Assembly (NCBI RefSeq): GCF_035643755.1
Contig: NZ_DASQPW010000297.1
Span: 13,785 to 77,784 of the forward strand
Reading direction: 5' to 3'
DNA: 64,000 bases
From: Stackebrandtia sp.
Lineage (GTDB): Bacteria > Actinomycetota > Actinomycetes > Mycobacteriales > Micromonosporaceae
The notes beneath the pieces are model-generated. The model made no database searches. It saw only the letters and a program-made list of their open reading frames with translations, and was not told the origin of the DNA. The position numbers and the translations under genes were made by a program. Below, one piece after another: positions 17,221 through 29,514 of the stretch. The stretch's first letter is position 1; the number at the start of each line of letters is the position of its first letter.

Positions 17221-18447
17221 CTACCCCAGGCGCATCCCCGAGATGGCCCTGGCGATCACGAGCCGCTGGATCTCGCTGGTGCCCTCGAAGATCGTGTAGA
17301 TCTTGGCGTCGCGGTACCAGCGCTCCACGGGATGGTCGCGGGAGAACCCCGCCCCACCGAGGATCTGCACGGCCTTCTCCGTCGTGCGGATCGCCACCTC
17401 GCCCGCCTTCAGCTTGGACATCGACCCCTCGCCGGCGTCGAAGCTCTTGTCGTTGCGGCCCATCCAGGCCGCGCGCCACACGAGCAGGCGGGCGCAGTCG
17501 ATCTCGGTCTTCATGTCGGCCAGGGCGAAGCCGATCGCCTGGTTGGCGATGATGGGTCGTCCGAATTGGACGCGCTGCTTGGCGTAGTCCAGGGCGTACT
17601 CGTACGCGGCGCGGGCGATGCCCACGGCCTGGGCGCCGACGGTGGGTCGGGTGAGTTCGAAGGTGCGCATCGCCGCCTGCTGCCCCTGGCCAGGCTGGGT
17701 GGCGGCCTCGCGGGCGCGGGCGAGGCGGGCGTCGAGCTTTTCCTTGCCGCCCAACAGGCATCGGCCCGGAACGCGGACGTCGTCGAGGAAGACGTCGGCG
17801 GTGTGGGAGGCGCGCAGGCCCAGCTTGCGGATCTTGGTGGGGCTGGACAGCCCCGGCGTGCCCGGGGGGACGACGAAGGCGGCCTGGCCGCGGGACCCGA
17901 GCTCGGCGTCGACGGAGGCGGTGACGACATGGACGGTGGCGATGCCCGCGTTGGTGCCCCAGGCCTTCTGTCCGTTGAGGACCCATTCGTCGGTGGCCTC
18001 GTCGTAGCGGGCGCGGGTGCGCATGGAGGCGACGTCGGAGCCCGCCTCGGGTTCGGAGCTGCAGAAGGCGGCGACCTTGGGGTCGTCGGCGTCGCCGTAG
18101 CACTGGGGGACCCACTCCACGAGCTGGTCGGGGGTTCCCGAACCGTAGATCGCGGCCACCGCCAGGGAGGTGCCGAAGATGGACAGCCCGATTCCCGCGT
18201 CGCCCCAGAAGAGCTCCTCGTTGACCAGGGGCAGGCTCAGCCCGCTGGGGTCGGCCCAGAACTGGGCCAGGGACTCGAATCCGTACAGACCGATCTTGGC
18301 GGCCTCGGCGATGATCGGCCAGGGGGTCTCCTCGCGTTCGTCCCATTCGGACGCCGCGGGGCGGATCACGTCGGCGGCGAAGCCGTGCGCCCATTCCTGG
18401 ACGTCGCGCTGGTCCTGCGACAGCTCGAGGCTGAATCCGTCGTTCAT
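17221..18447 (-). CDS. Acyl-CoA dehydrogenase
   Basis: FCSSEPEAGSD, LNGQKAW, YAKQRVQFG, YRDAKIYTIFEGTSEIQR; start MNDGFSLELS. Confidence 0.95.
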   Translation of the reverse strand: MNDGFSLELSQDQRDVQEWAHGFAADVIRPAASEWDEREETPWPIIAEAAKIGLYGFESLAQFWADPSGLSLPLVNEELFWGDAGIGLSIFGTSLAVAAIYGSGTPDQLVEWVPQCYGDADDPKVAAFCSSEPEAGSDVASMRTRARYDEATDEWVLNGQKAWGTNAGIATVHVVTASVDAELGSRGQAAFVVPPGTPGLSSPTKIRKLGLRASHTADVFLDDVRVPGRCLLGGKEKLDARLARAREAATQPGQGQQAAMRTFELTRPTVGAQAVGIARAAYEYALDYAKQRVQFGRPIIANQAIGFALADMKTEIDCARLLVWRAAWMGRNDKSFDAGEGSMSKLKAGEVAIRTTEKAVQILGGAGFSRDHPVERWYRDAKIYTIFEGTSEIQRLVIARAISGMRLG

Positions 18448-18455
18448 CGGGTCTC

Positions 18456-18914
18456 CTAGGCCTTGGGGATGTTGAACAGATTGGACAGACCCGCCGCGAA
18501 TCCGATGTCGCCCGTCAGCTTCAGCTTGCCGGTGAAGAACATCGTGGTGGGGGAGGAGTTGCCGGAGGCCAGCTTGAGGAATTGGGTGCCGTTGAGCCGG
18601 ATCGTCACGCGGGCCTCCTCCTTGGGCTCGTTCGTGACGGTGCACGTGCCGCCGGAGAGGACGGTCTCGTAGTGGTCGTAGCCGCCCCCGGGCCTGTCGA
18701 GGATCTTCCAGTGGATGACGGCCTTGGTCTTGCGGTTGCCGGAGTACTGGTCGCCCATGCGGCCGAAGACCTCCGACAGCACCCGCCCGCGAATCTCGGC
18801 GTCGGCCATGATCGCGTCGATCTGGTCGGCGGGGGCGTTGCGCACCAGGGAGGCGAAGTCGGCGGGGGTGATAGTGGACAGATCGACGTCGCCGATCGGG
18901 TCGTCGCTGGTCAT
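18456..18914 (-). CDS. SCP2 sterol-carrier domain protein
   Basis: FLKLASGN.SPTTMFFTGKLKLTGDIGFA SCP2 signature. Confidence 0.88.
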   Translation of the reverse strand: MTSDDPIGDVDLSTITPADFASLVRNAPADQIDAIMADAEIRGRVLSEVFGRMGDQYSGNRKTKAVIHWKILDRPGGGYDHYETVLSGGTCTVTNEPKEEARVTIRLNGTQFLKLASGNSSPTTMFFTGKLKLTGDIGFAAGLSNLFNIPKA

Positions 18915-18941
18915 GACGGAACCTTTCTGCGTCCGACATTT

Positions 18942-18973
18942 TCTTACTTTGGAGTAAGATTACCGGAGGGTAA
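18942..18973. promoter_or_regulatory. Tandem TetR (FdmR-like) operator sites
   Basis: TCTTACT-TTGG-AGTAAGA (18942-18959) then TTACC-GGAG-GGTAA (18960-18973), between the divergent SCP2 and tetR genes. Confidence 0.7.
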
Positions 18974-18979
18974 GGTAGC

Positions 18980-19642
18980 ATGACAAGAGTGACTTCTCAA
19001 AAATCCGCCGCCTCCCACGGCCCCGGCAAGGCCCGGGTGCCCCGCGCGGTGCGGGAACAGCAAATGCTGGACGCCTCCGTGGAGGCGTTCGCCGCCAACG
19101 GGTATCACGGCGCGGGGGTGGAGGAGATCGCCGCGATCGCGGGCATCTCCAAACCCATGATCTACCTGTACTTCGGGTCCAAGGAGGAGCTGTTCGTCGC
19201 GTGCATCCGCCGCGAGGCCGGCCGCCTCATGGACATGATCGCCGGCGTGGTGCGCGCCGAGGACCCGGCCGAACGACAGCTGTGGAGCGCCCTGGAGGGG
19301 TTCTTCACCTTCGTATCCGACCACAGGGGAGCCTGGACGGTGCTGTACCGCCAGGCCCGCATCCAGGGGGGACAGTCCACTCGCGAGGTCGACGCGATGC
19401 GCGGCCGCACCATCGACCTGATCGGCGAGCTGCTGGCGCGCGCCGCCTCCTCCGAGCCCGGCCCCGAGGCCGTGATGGCCGCCCACGCGCTGGTGGGCGC
19501 GTGCGAGTCGCTGGCCGACTGGATGCTGGACAACCCCGACACCGACCCGAAGACCACGGCCAAGCAGCTGTCCCACTTCGCCTGGCCCGGGCTGTCCAAG
19601 CTCATGGAGGCCACCCGCGCCAGGCAGCGCGGCGAGGCGTGA
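18980..19642 (+). CDS. TetR family regulator of the fatty-acid cluster (FdmR/Rv0238-like)
   Basis: RVPRAVREQQMLDA..EAF...GYH...VEEIA..AGISKPMIYLYFGSKEELF. Confidence 0.88.
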   Translation: MTRVTSQKSAASHGPGKARVPRAVREQQMLDASVEAFAANGYHGAGVEEIAAIAGISKPMIYLYFGSKEELFVACIRREAGRLMDMIAGVVRAEDPAERQLWSALEGFFTFVSDHRGAWTVLYRQARIQGGQSTREVDAMRGRTIDLIGELLARAASSEPGPEAVMAAHALVGACESLADWMLDNPDTDPKTTAKQLSHFAWPGLSKLMEATRARQRGEA

Positions 19643-19647
19643 ATCCC

Positions 19648-20325
19648 TTACCAGGCAACGGGTTCGCCGTCGCGGAAGAACCCGCCGGTCGGCCCGTCGC
19701 CGGGCAGGGTCGCGGCCCACACGATCCCGACCGCCCCGTCGGCGACCGGGCGCCCGCCCGCGCCGCCCATGTCCGTGGCGACCCAGCCCGGGCACACGGC
19801 GTTGACCAGTATCGCGTCGCCGCGCAGCTCGTCGGCGAGAATCCGCGTCAGCGCGTTGAGCGCCGCCTTCGACACCGAATAGGCGGGGGTCCCGCCGCCC
19901 ATGCTCGCCAACGATCCGCCCTCGCTGGACACGTTGACCACGCGCGCGGATCCGCCGCTTCGCAGCAGCGGCAGGAACTCCCGCACCATCCGCCATGGAC
20001 CGTACACATTGGTCTCCATCGCGTCACGGACCACGCCCAGATCCGCGCTGACACCGCGTTGCCAGGTGTCGTAAAGGATCGCGGCGTTGTTGACCAGGAC
20101 ATCCAGGCGCCCGTGCCGCCGGGACACCGCGTCGACCGCCGCGGTGACGCTGGCGGGATCGGTCACGTCCAGTGCGAGCGGCTCCACGCCGAGCTCGACC
20201 GCCGCCGCGCGCGCCCCGCCCGCGTCCCGCGCGGTCAGGACGACCGTGTGACCCAGAGCCGCCAGCTGGCGGCACACCTCGCGCCCGATGCCGCGGTTGC
20301 CGCCGGTGACCAGACAGATCGTCAT
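19648..20325 (-). CDS. SDR family oxidoreductase (carbonyl reductase-like)
   Basis: TGGNRGIG, NNAA, YSVSK, PGWVATDM. Confidence 0.92.
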   Translation of the reverse strand: MTICLVTGGNRGIGREVCRQLAALGHTVVLTARDAGGARAAAVELGVEPLALDVTDPASVTAAVDAVSRRHGRLDVLVNNAAILYDTWQRGVSADLGVVRDAMETNVYGPWRMVREFLPLLRSGGSARVVNVSSEGGSLASMGGGTPAYSVSKAALNALTRILADELRGDAILVNAVCPGWVATDMGGAGGRPVADGAVGIVWAATLPGDGPTGGFFRDGEPVAW

Positions 20326-20336
20326 GGGGACAGATC

Positions 20337-21215
20337 TTAGGAAGCCTCGCCGAGCGACACCATCGATCCGCTCAGATAGTGACGCTGACCGCGCTGTGCG
20401 ATGAGCGCGAACTCCCAGCCCGCGTCGGCGCGGCGGGTGCACAGCGCCACGTCCTTGGCGGGCAACGACACCGGGGCCCGAAAGCGGGCGCTCAGCCGCC
20501 GCGGCGCCTCGCCCGCGCGCGATTCCAGGGCCGCGACGCAGCGCGCCACGCTCCACATGCCGTGGACGATGGGGCGCTTCATGCCGTAGATCCGGGCGGT
20601 CGCCGGGTACAGGTGGATCGGGTTGTAGTCCCCGGACACCTCGGCGTAGCGGCGCCCCGCGTCGGCGGGAACCCTCCACAATGCCTCGAAGTCGGACAGC
20701 GTCACCGACTCCCCGGGCGCCGCGGCCGGAGGGGCGGCGTCGGGCGGCGGTTGCTTGACGCGGTACAGGAAGGTGCTGCGCTGCGTCCACACCGTCTCGC
20801 CGTCCACCGTGGCGTCGTTGAGCAGGTCGAAGGTGACGCCACGGCGGTGCGCGGCGAGGTTGTCGGCGCGCACCCGAATCGAGAACCGTTGCCCCGCCGG
20901 GATCTGGCGCAGCTCGGTGATCTCGTCGCCGAAGTGCAGCATCCCCATGGCGGTGAACGGGAACGGCCGCGACATCATCAGCCGCAGCCCCAGCCGCATG
21001 CTGGCCAGGTGGGGGTAGGTGATGGGCAGGTACGACGTCACCCGATAGCCGGTGAGCCGCCGATACGCCGTCAGGTGGGCGGGGTCGGCGACGATGTCGT
21101 CCATCCGGGACTCCGCCGCGGGCAGCACCGCGGCCATGGGGTCGCCGCGGTGTTTGGTGGCCAGGGACATCGCGGCGCGCGGCGCCAGTCCCGCCAGGTG
21201 GGTCAGCATGGCCAT
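20337..21215 (-). CDS. MaoC-type (R)-specific dehydratase (HtdX-like)
   Basis: YAEVSGDYNPIHL...IVHGMW hydratase-2 motif; follows fabG4. Confidence 0.88.
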   Translation of the reverse strand: MAMLTHLAGLAPRAAMSLATKHRGDPMAAVLPAAESRMDDIVADPAHLTAYRRLTGYRVTSYLPITYPHLASMRLGLRLMMSRPFPFTAMGMLHFGDEITELRQIPAGQRFSIRVRADNLAAHRRGVTFDLLNDATVDGETVWTQRSTFLYRVKQPPPDAAPPAAAPGESVTLSDFEALWRVPADAGRRYAEVSGDYNPIHLYPATARIYGMKRPIVHGMWSVARCVAALESRAGEAPRRLSARFRAPVSLPAKDVALCTRRADAGWEFALIAQRGQRHYLSGSMVSLGEAS

Positions 21216-21228
21216 CAGCCCTCGCCCT

Positions 21229-22563
21229 TCACGATCCCAGGAAGCTTTGCCCGCACACGCGAACAACATTGCCGTTGACGCCGCCGGAACCGGGATGTGC
21301 CAGCCACGCCACGGTTTCGGCGACGTCGATCGGCAGCCCGCCCTGCGCCAGACTGGACAGTCGGCGCCCGACCTCGCGCAGTGCCAGGGGCATCTTCGCG
21401 GTCATGCGGGTCTCGATGAAGCCCGGGGCCACCGCGTTGACGGTGATGCCGGACGCCGCCGCCCGCGGCGACAGCGAGCCCACCATGCCGATCAGCCCGG
21501 CCTTGGAGGCGGCGTAGTTGGCCTGGCCCCGATTGCCGGCGATGCCCATCACCGACGACGTCACCACGATCCGGCCGCCGTCGCGGATCAGCTCGCGCCG
21601 CAACAGGTCCTCGGTGATGCGCAGCGGCGCGGCGAGGTTGACGGCCAGCACGCCGTCCCACTGCTCGGCGCGCATCCCGGCCAGGGTCTTGTCGCGGGTG
21701 ATGCCCGCGTTGTGCACCACGATGTCCACCCCGCCGTGCCGCTCCGACAGCCGGGCGGCCAGGGTGGCGGGCGCGTCGTCGGCGGTGATGTCCAGCTGCA
21801 TCGCCGTGCCCGAGATCTCGCCGGCCACCTCGGACAGCTTCTCCCCGGCGGCGGGCACGTCCAGGCACATCACGTGGGCGCCGAGCCGGGACAGCAACTG
21901 CGCGGTGGTGGCACCGATGCCTTGGGCCGCACCGGTCACCAGCGCGACCTTGCCGTCCAGCGGGTGTGCCCGGTGATACCTGTCCGCCTCAAAAGCTCCG
22001 ATGTGGACCACCTGCCCGGACACAAAGGCCGAGCGCGCCGACAGGAAGAAGCGCAGGCTGGATTCGAGCGCGGACGTGTCGTGGGTGTCGACCCGCAGCA
22101 GCTGGGCGGTGCCCCCCGCGCGCAGCTCCTTGCCGACGGTGCGGACGAACCCGTCGAGGGCGGCCTGCGCGGCGGCGTGCTCGGTGGCCTGGTCTTCTCG
22201 TACCTCCAGGCCCAACACCAGCACCCGCCCGCACGCGGTCAGCCGCCGGACGGCCGGGTGGAAGAAGTCGTACAGCTGCCGCAGCCCCGCCACCGAGTCG
22301 ATGCCGGTGGCGTCGAAGACCACGGCCCCGTAGTGTGCGTCCTCGGACTCGCTGAGATGCACCTGCGCGCCCAGCTCCGTCTCCAACGCCTCGCCCAGGC
22401 CCTTGAGGAGGCCGGTGTCCTTGCCGCCCAACAGCACCGGGCCGTGGACGTCGGGGTCACCGGTGTCGTGGCGGCGGAGCTTCGCCGGTGCCGGTAGCCC
22501 GAGCCGGCGCACGATGGCGCGGCCGGTGCCGGTGTTGGCGAATCCCCGATAGCGGTCGGTCAT
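21229..22563 (-). CDS. fabG: 3-oxoacyl-ACP/CoA reductase, FabG4-type
   Basis: N-terminal extension plus TGAAQGIG, HNAGITRDK, YAASK. Confidence 0.9.
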   Translation of the reverse strand: MTDRYRGFANTGTGRAIVRRLGLPAPAKLRRHDTGDPDVHGPVLLGGKDTGLLKGLGEALETELGAQVHLSESEDAHYGAVVFDATGIDSVAGLRQLYDFFHPAVRRLTACGRVLVLGLEVREDQATEHAAAQAALDGFVRTVGKELRAGGTAQLLRVDTHDTSALESSLRFFLSARSAFVSGQVVHIGAFEADRYHRAHPLDGKVALVTGAAQGIGATTAQLLSRLGAHVMCLDVPAAGEKLSEVAGEISGTAMQLDITADDAPATLAARLSERHGGVDIVVHNAGITRDKTLAGMRAEQWDGVLAVNLAAPLRITEDLLRRELIRDGGRIVVTSSVMGIAGNRGQANYAASKAGLIGMVGSLSPRAAASGITVNAVAPGFIETRMTAKMPLALREVGRRLSSLAQGGLPIDVAETVAWLAHPGSGGVNGNVVRVCGQSFLGS

Positions 22564-22595
22564 GGGCGTCTCCTCGAGGTCGGCGCTGAGGTAAC

Positions 22596-22611
22596 CTTAC
22601 TCGCGAGTAAG
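22596..22611. promoter_or_regulatory. TetR (FdmR-like) operator
   Basis: Perfect palindrome CTTACTCGCGAGTAAG between the divergent fabG4 and thiolase genes; same consensus as 18943-18958. Confidence 0.75.
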
Positions 22612-22644
22612 ATAACGCGCAAGGCACCGACCGAAGAGGTACCC

Positions 22645-23937
22645 ATGTCGAACAACCGCGCCGTGCGCCCCGTGGCCGTCATCGGGGGCAACCGGATTCC
22701 CTTCGCCAAGTCGAACGGTCCCTACGCGCACGCCTCCAATCAGGACATGCTGACCACCGCCCTGAACGGACTCGTCAGCCGCTTCGGCTTGTCGGGCGCG
22801 CGGCTGGACGAGGTCGCCGGGGGCGCGGTGTTGAAGCACAGCCGCGACTTCAACCTCACGCGCGAATCCGTGCTGGGCTCCCGCCTCGACCCCACCACGC
22901 CCGCCTTCGACCTGCAACGCGCCTGCGGCACCAGCCTCGAGGCCACCACGGCGGTGGCCAACAAGATCGCGTTGGGCCAGATCGACGCGGGCGTCGCCTG
23001 CGGCGTCGACACCACCTCCGACGCCCCGATCGGCGTCAACGAGGACTTCCGCCGCCTGCTACTGGACTTCAACCGCGCCAAGAGCCTCGGCAAGCGCCTG
23101 GGCATGGTCACCCGCCTGCGCCCCAAGCAGGTGGTGCCCGAGATCCCGCGCAACGCCGAGCCCCGCACCGGCCTGTCCATGGGGGAGCACGCCGCCCGCA
23201 CCGCCACCAAGTGGGGGATCACCCGCGAGGCCCAGGACTCACTCGCCGTCACCAGCCACCAGCGGCTGGCCGCCGCCTACGACCGCGGCTTCTTCGACGA
23301 CCTGGTCACCGGCTACCTCGGCGTCACCCGCGACGGCCTGCTGCGCGGCGACACCACCGCCGAGAAGCTCGCCCGGCTGCGCCCGGTTTTCGGCGGGCCC
23401 GACGGCACCATGACGGCGGGCAACTCCTCGCCGCTGTCCGACGGCGCCGCCACCGTGCTGCTGTCCAGCGACGCCTGGGCGAAGGAGCGCCGCCTCCCGG
23501 TGGCCGCCCACCTCGTCGACGTCCAGGCCGGCGCCGTCGATTTCGTCGGCGGCGACGACGGCCTGCTCACCGCGCCGGTGTTCATCGTCCCGAAGCTGTT
23601 GGCGCGCAACAACCTCAAACTGTCCGATTTCGACTTCATCGAGATGCACGAGGCCTTCGCCTCCCAGGTGCTGGCGACGCTGGCGGCCTGGGAGGACGCC
23701 GAGTTCTGCGCCACCCGTCTCGGGCTGGACGCACCCCTGGGCGGCGTCGACCGCGATCGCCTCAACGTCAACGGCTCCTCGCTGGCCACCGGCCACCCCT
23801 TCGCCGCCACCGGCGCCCGGATCGTGGCCACCGCCGCGAAACTCCTGGCGGACAAGGGATCGGGACGAGCCCTGATCTCGATCTGCGCGGCCGGGGGACA
23901 GGGCGTCACGGCGATCCTGGAACGCCAGGCGCGATGA
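22645..23937 (+). CDS. Acetyl-CoA C-acyltransferase (FadA2-like thiolase)
   Basis: QRACGTS, HEAFA, GHPFAATG, ICAAGGQG. Confidence 0.93.
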   Translation: MSNNRAVRPVAVIGGNRIPFAKSNGPYAHASNQDMLTTALNGLVSRFGLSGARLDEVAGGAVLKHSRDFNLTRESVLGSRLDPTTPAFDLQRACGTSLEATTAVANKIALGQIDAGVACGVDTTSDAPIGVNEDFRRLLLDFNRAKSLGKRLGMVTRLRPKQVVPEIPRNAEPRTGLSMGEHAARTATKWGITREAQDSLAVTSHQRLAAAYDRGFFDDLVTGYLGVTRDGLLRGDTTAEKLARLRPVFGGPDGTMTAGNSSPLSDGAATVLLSSDAWAKERRLPVAAHLVDVQAGAVDFVGGDDGLLTAPVFIVPKLLARNNLKLSDFDFIEMHEAFASQVLATLAAWEDAEFCATRLGLDAPLGGVDRDRLNVNGSSLATGHPFAATGARIVATAAKLLADKGSGRALISICAAGGQGVTAILERQAR

Positions 23938-24637
23938 TCTCGGCCAGCCGCGCCGAGGCCCGCAGCAGCGCCAGCCAGCGCCGGGATATCGCGTCGGCGT
24001 GGGCGCCGAGCGCCTCGGCGCTGCGTCCGACGTCTTCGAGGTCGCGCACGGCCGCGATGGCTTGGCGCACATCGGGAATCCGGTACCCCGCCGCCCGCAG
24101 CGCCGCGACGATCCGCGCGTGGCGCACCGCCGCCACCTGGTAGCGGCGCGCCGTTCCCGCGCGGGTGCGCGCGTGCTCCGGCTCCACCAGGCCCTCCCGC
24201 TCCCAGAAGCGAAGCGTCGACGCCCGCACCCCCAGCGCCTGCGACAGCTGCGTGATGGTCATGGCGTCGGCCGCCTCGGGCTCGGCGTCGGTGCGCGCCT
24301 CGGCCCCGATCGCCTCCAGGGCCCGCCGCGCGGCCAGCGCCCGGTCCCGTTGCCGTCGCAGCCGTGTGTGAAGGGACCCCGCCAGCTCGGTGGCCTCGCC
24401 CAGCGGCAGGCGACGGATGGCGCTCATGACGCCCCGGGCGTCGACGGGCCCCACGGCGAACGCGAGATCGCGATAGGCGCGCAGGTCGGCGACGTGCCCG
24501 GCGTCGAACCGCCGATACCCGTTGTCCGCCCGCGCGGCGGGGGAGATGACGCCGAGCCCCTCGAGGTCGCGGATCTGCTGGGCCGAGTACCCCGTCGTGG
24601 CGGCAACGTCCTTCACCGTCAGCACCAAACCCTCCAT
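23906..24637 (-). CDS. MerR family regulator with two HTH domains (TioE-like)
   Basis: DVAA.TGYSAQQIRDLE..G.I..A.R.DNGYR and MTITQLSQALGVRASTLRFWEREGL; start position uncertain. Confidence 0.85.
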   Translation of the reverse strand: MEGLVLTVKDVAATTGYSAQQIRDLEGLGVISPAARADNGYRRFDAGHVADLRAYRDLAFAVGPVDARGVMSAIRRLPLGEATELAGSLHTRLRRQRDRALAARRALEAIGAEARTDAEPEAADAMTITQLSQALGVRASTLRFWEREGLVEPEHARTRAGTARRYQVAAVRHARIVAALRAAGYRIPDVRQAIAAVRDLEDVGRSAEALGAHADAISRRWLALLRASARLAEIIAPGVPGSP

Positions 24638-24643
24638 AAGCAC

Positions 24644-24661
24644 TTCAAGTTCACGCTTGAA
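24644..24661. promoter_or_regulatory. Probable MerR operator
   Basis: TTCAAG-N6-CTTGAA in the very short divergent intergenic gap. Confidence 0.5.
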
Positions 24662-24663
24662 CC

Positions 24664-25215
24664 ATGAGTATGAATCAGATTCTCGACACCGTCCGAGGCT
24701 TCGACGGCGTGCTGGAGCTCGCTCCCGCTCGGGGCGGGCCGTTCCCCGAGATCGCCTGGGGCGACCACTTCTTCTACTACGCGCCCGACGGTCGCGTCCC
24801 CGAGCGCCAGCAGCCCTACGCGACCGTCGTGACGAAGAACTACCCCGGCGACGCCGCGTGCGACCTCGACCGTCCCGATCGCTGGCGGCTCAACATTCAC
24901 GTCGGCAAGAAGGCGCTCACCGAACTCCTCGGCGGCTGCGCCGATGCCGATGATCACCGTGGCGGCCATGACGACTCGCAAGAACTCGCCATACCCCGGA
25001 ACCTCGGCGGCGAGCGGCCGCGCGACCGGGACGATCGCGGCGCCGCCGTCGACCTCAGCGCCGTCGACACCGTGCTGCCGCACCCGCTGTACCGGGCGCA
25101 GGGCTGGATCGCGATCGTCAACCCGGGCCCGCGGACCCTCGCGCTGGCGCGCCGCCTGCTGCGCGAGGCCCATGACGCCGCGCGACGCCGAGCCGAACGG
25201 CGCGCCGCGCGCGGC
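24664..25215 (+). CDS. DUF6194-like protein; no in-frame stop at the expected end
   Basis: WGDHFFYYAPDG..P...QPYATVVTKNYPGD, WRLNIHVG, LPHPLY..QGWIAIVNPG; the frame stays open to 28650. Confidence 0.6.
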
Positions 25216-27672
<2,457 letters not shown>

Positions 27673-27687
27673 GGGACGGTCTCCTCA

Positions 27688-28296
27688 TCACGCGTGGTGG
27701 GCGGCACCCATGCCCGCGGTGCCGGGGCGGTGATGTCGGGTCGCCCCGCGCATCCTCAGACCCAGGACCAACGTGAACACGCCCCAGGCGACCGCCAGCG
27801 CCCCGATCACCAGGACCATCGCCAGCGCCCCGGTCCCGGGGTTGACGAACAGCACGATCCCCAGGGCGATCCCCGCCAGTCCGTCCAGGACCAGCAGCCA
27901 GTTGCCGGTCATCTCGCCGCGCAGCCGCCACGCCGTCAACAGATGCATGGCGCCGGTGACGATGGCCCACGCCGCGATCATGATGAGCAGCATGACGGCG
28001 GTGATGCCCGGCCACGCGAACGCGATCAGTCCGGCCACGATGCCGACGATGCCCATGACGACCATGATCCAGCGCTCGCCGCCGCGCCCGGTGAAGGCCA
28101 TCGCCAGCGTGGAGATTCCGTCCACAAAGGCGTAGGCGCCCCACAGGATCACCAGGGCGACCAGGGTGACGCCGGGCCATACCAGCGCCATGATGCCGAA
28201 GACCAGCGCGATGACGCCGCGAAACACCAGCAGCCCCCAGCTGCGGGCCAACAGGTCGTTCATGGCCGCGGTGGTCTCGTTTCCCGGCGTACTCAT
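27688..28296 (-). CDS. HdeD family (DUF308) membrane protein
   Basis: SWGLLVFRGVIALVFGIMALVWPG.T...L..LWGAYAFVDG; ATGA overlap with the dps stop. Confidence 0.88.
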   Translation of the reverse strand: MSTPGNETTAAMNDLLARSWGLLVFRGVIALVFGIMALVWPGVTLVALVILWGAYAFVDGISTLAMAFTGRGGERWIMVVMGIVGIVAGLIAFAWPGITAVMLLIMIAAWAIVTGAMHLLTAWRLRGEMTGNWLLVLDGLAGIALGIVLFVNPGTGALAMVLVIGALAVAWGVFTLVLGLRMRGATRHHRPGTAGMGAAHHA

Positions 28297-28883
28297 GACT
28301 TCACCAGCGGAGTGTCCACAAGGTGCTCCGCCAGGAACCACGACTGCAGTTCGCCGGTCCGGATCACCTGGGACACCAGCAGATCGTTGGTGCCGTCGTC
28401 GCCCATCTCGTCGGCCCGCTTGGCCGCGTCGTGGCAGGCGATCAGGATGGTCTCGTGGGCCTCCAGCAGCCGCGACACCATGGCCGGGACCTCCTCGGCG
28501 CCGTCGGGCGGCCGCTTCACCACGGTGATCTCGCTGACATGCCGGGGATCGCCCACGGCCACCCCGCCCAGGGTCTGCACCCGCTCGGCGATGGCGTCGA
28601 CCAGCTCCAGTTGCTCACCGGCGTGCTTGTCCAGCAACAGATGCAGCTGATAGAAGGTGGGGCCGCGCATCAACCAGTGATGCTTCTTGTAGAGGCTGTA
28701 AAGGATCTGGGTGTCGGCGAGGATCTGGTTGAGGCGCTCGGCCGAGTACATGCGGGTGTCATAGGACAGTCCCACCGGGAACTGCCGCACCGTGCCGAAC
28801 TTCTGGATCTCGACGCCCTTTTGGTGCAGCATCGGCTGGGACTGCAGCTGCTTATCGGGTTTTGACGTGGATTTGGTGGACAT
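28293..28883 (-). CDS. dps: Dps family DNA-protection protein
   Basis: KKHHWLMRGPTFYQLHLLLDKH...DAIAERVQTLGG ferroxidase motif. Confidence 0.93.
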   Translation of the reverse strand: MSTKSTSKPDKQLQSQPMLHQKGVEIQKFGTVRQFPVGLSYDTRMYSAERLNQILADTQILYSLYKKHHWLMRGPTFYQLHLLLDKHAGEQLELVDAIAERVQTLGGVAVGDPRHVSEITVVKRPPDGAEEVPAMVSRLLEAHETILIACHDAAKRADEMGDDGTNDLLVSQVIRTGELQSWFLAEHLVDTPLVKS

Positions 28884-28950
28884 GCGAAGAACCCCCCTTT
28901 TGCCCCGACTCTAGGACAGGGACGCGGGGGGCGTCACGCATTCGCCAATG

Positions 28951-29499
28951 TCAAGAGGCCAATCCGTCGATCACTTCGGCGGCGTCCAGCGACCGCAGGA
29001 AATCCCCGCTCACCAGCAGCTTCGCTCCCCGGGTGCCCCCGCCGACCACCAGCTCCGGCGCCGCGGCGACGCGCGAGTCGATGAGCAGCGGCCAGCCGGG
29101 CGGCAGCCCCACGGGAGTGATGCCGCCGTACTCCATCCCGGTGGCCTCCACGGCCTCGGCCATGGGCGCGAACGATGCCTTGCGGGCGTCCAATCTCTTG
29201 CGCACCACCGTGTTGACGTTGACGCGGGTGGTGGCCAGGGCCAGGCAGGCCGCGTAGCCGACCTCGCCGCCGCGCTTGCCCGCCACGATGACGCAGTTGG
29301 CCGACGCCTCCAGCGGCACCCCGTAGTGCTCGCAGAACTCGGCGGTGTCGGCGAGGCCCGCGTCGATCTCGGCGACGCCTACGCCCGCCGCCGCCTCCGG
29401 CCCCGCGCCCTCCAGGGCCTTGACCACCGGCGGTGCCAGCAGTCCGGCGCGCTCCAGGGCCGGCGCCACGGTCAGGCTGCCGTTGATCGTCCAGTTCAT
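28951..29499 (-). CDS. YbaK/EbsC family aminoacyl-tRNA editing protein
   Basis: ADTAEFCEHY...SANCVIVAGKR...TGMEYGGITPVGLP. Confidence 0.87.
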   Translation of the reverse strand: MNWTINGSLTVAPALERAGLLAPPVVKALEGAGPEAAAGVGVAEIDAGLADTAEFCEHYGVPLEASANCVIVAGKRGGEVGYAACLALATTRVNVNTVVRKRLDARKASFAPMAEAVEATGMEYGGITPVGLPPGWPLLIDSRVAAAPELVVGGGTRGAKLLVSGDFLRSLDAAEVIDGLAS

Positions 29500-29514
29500 C
29501 GGGTTCCTTTCGCC

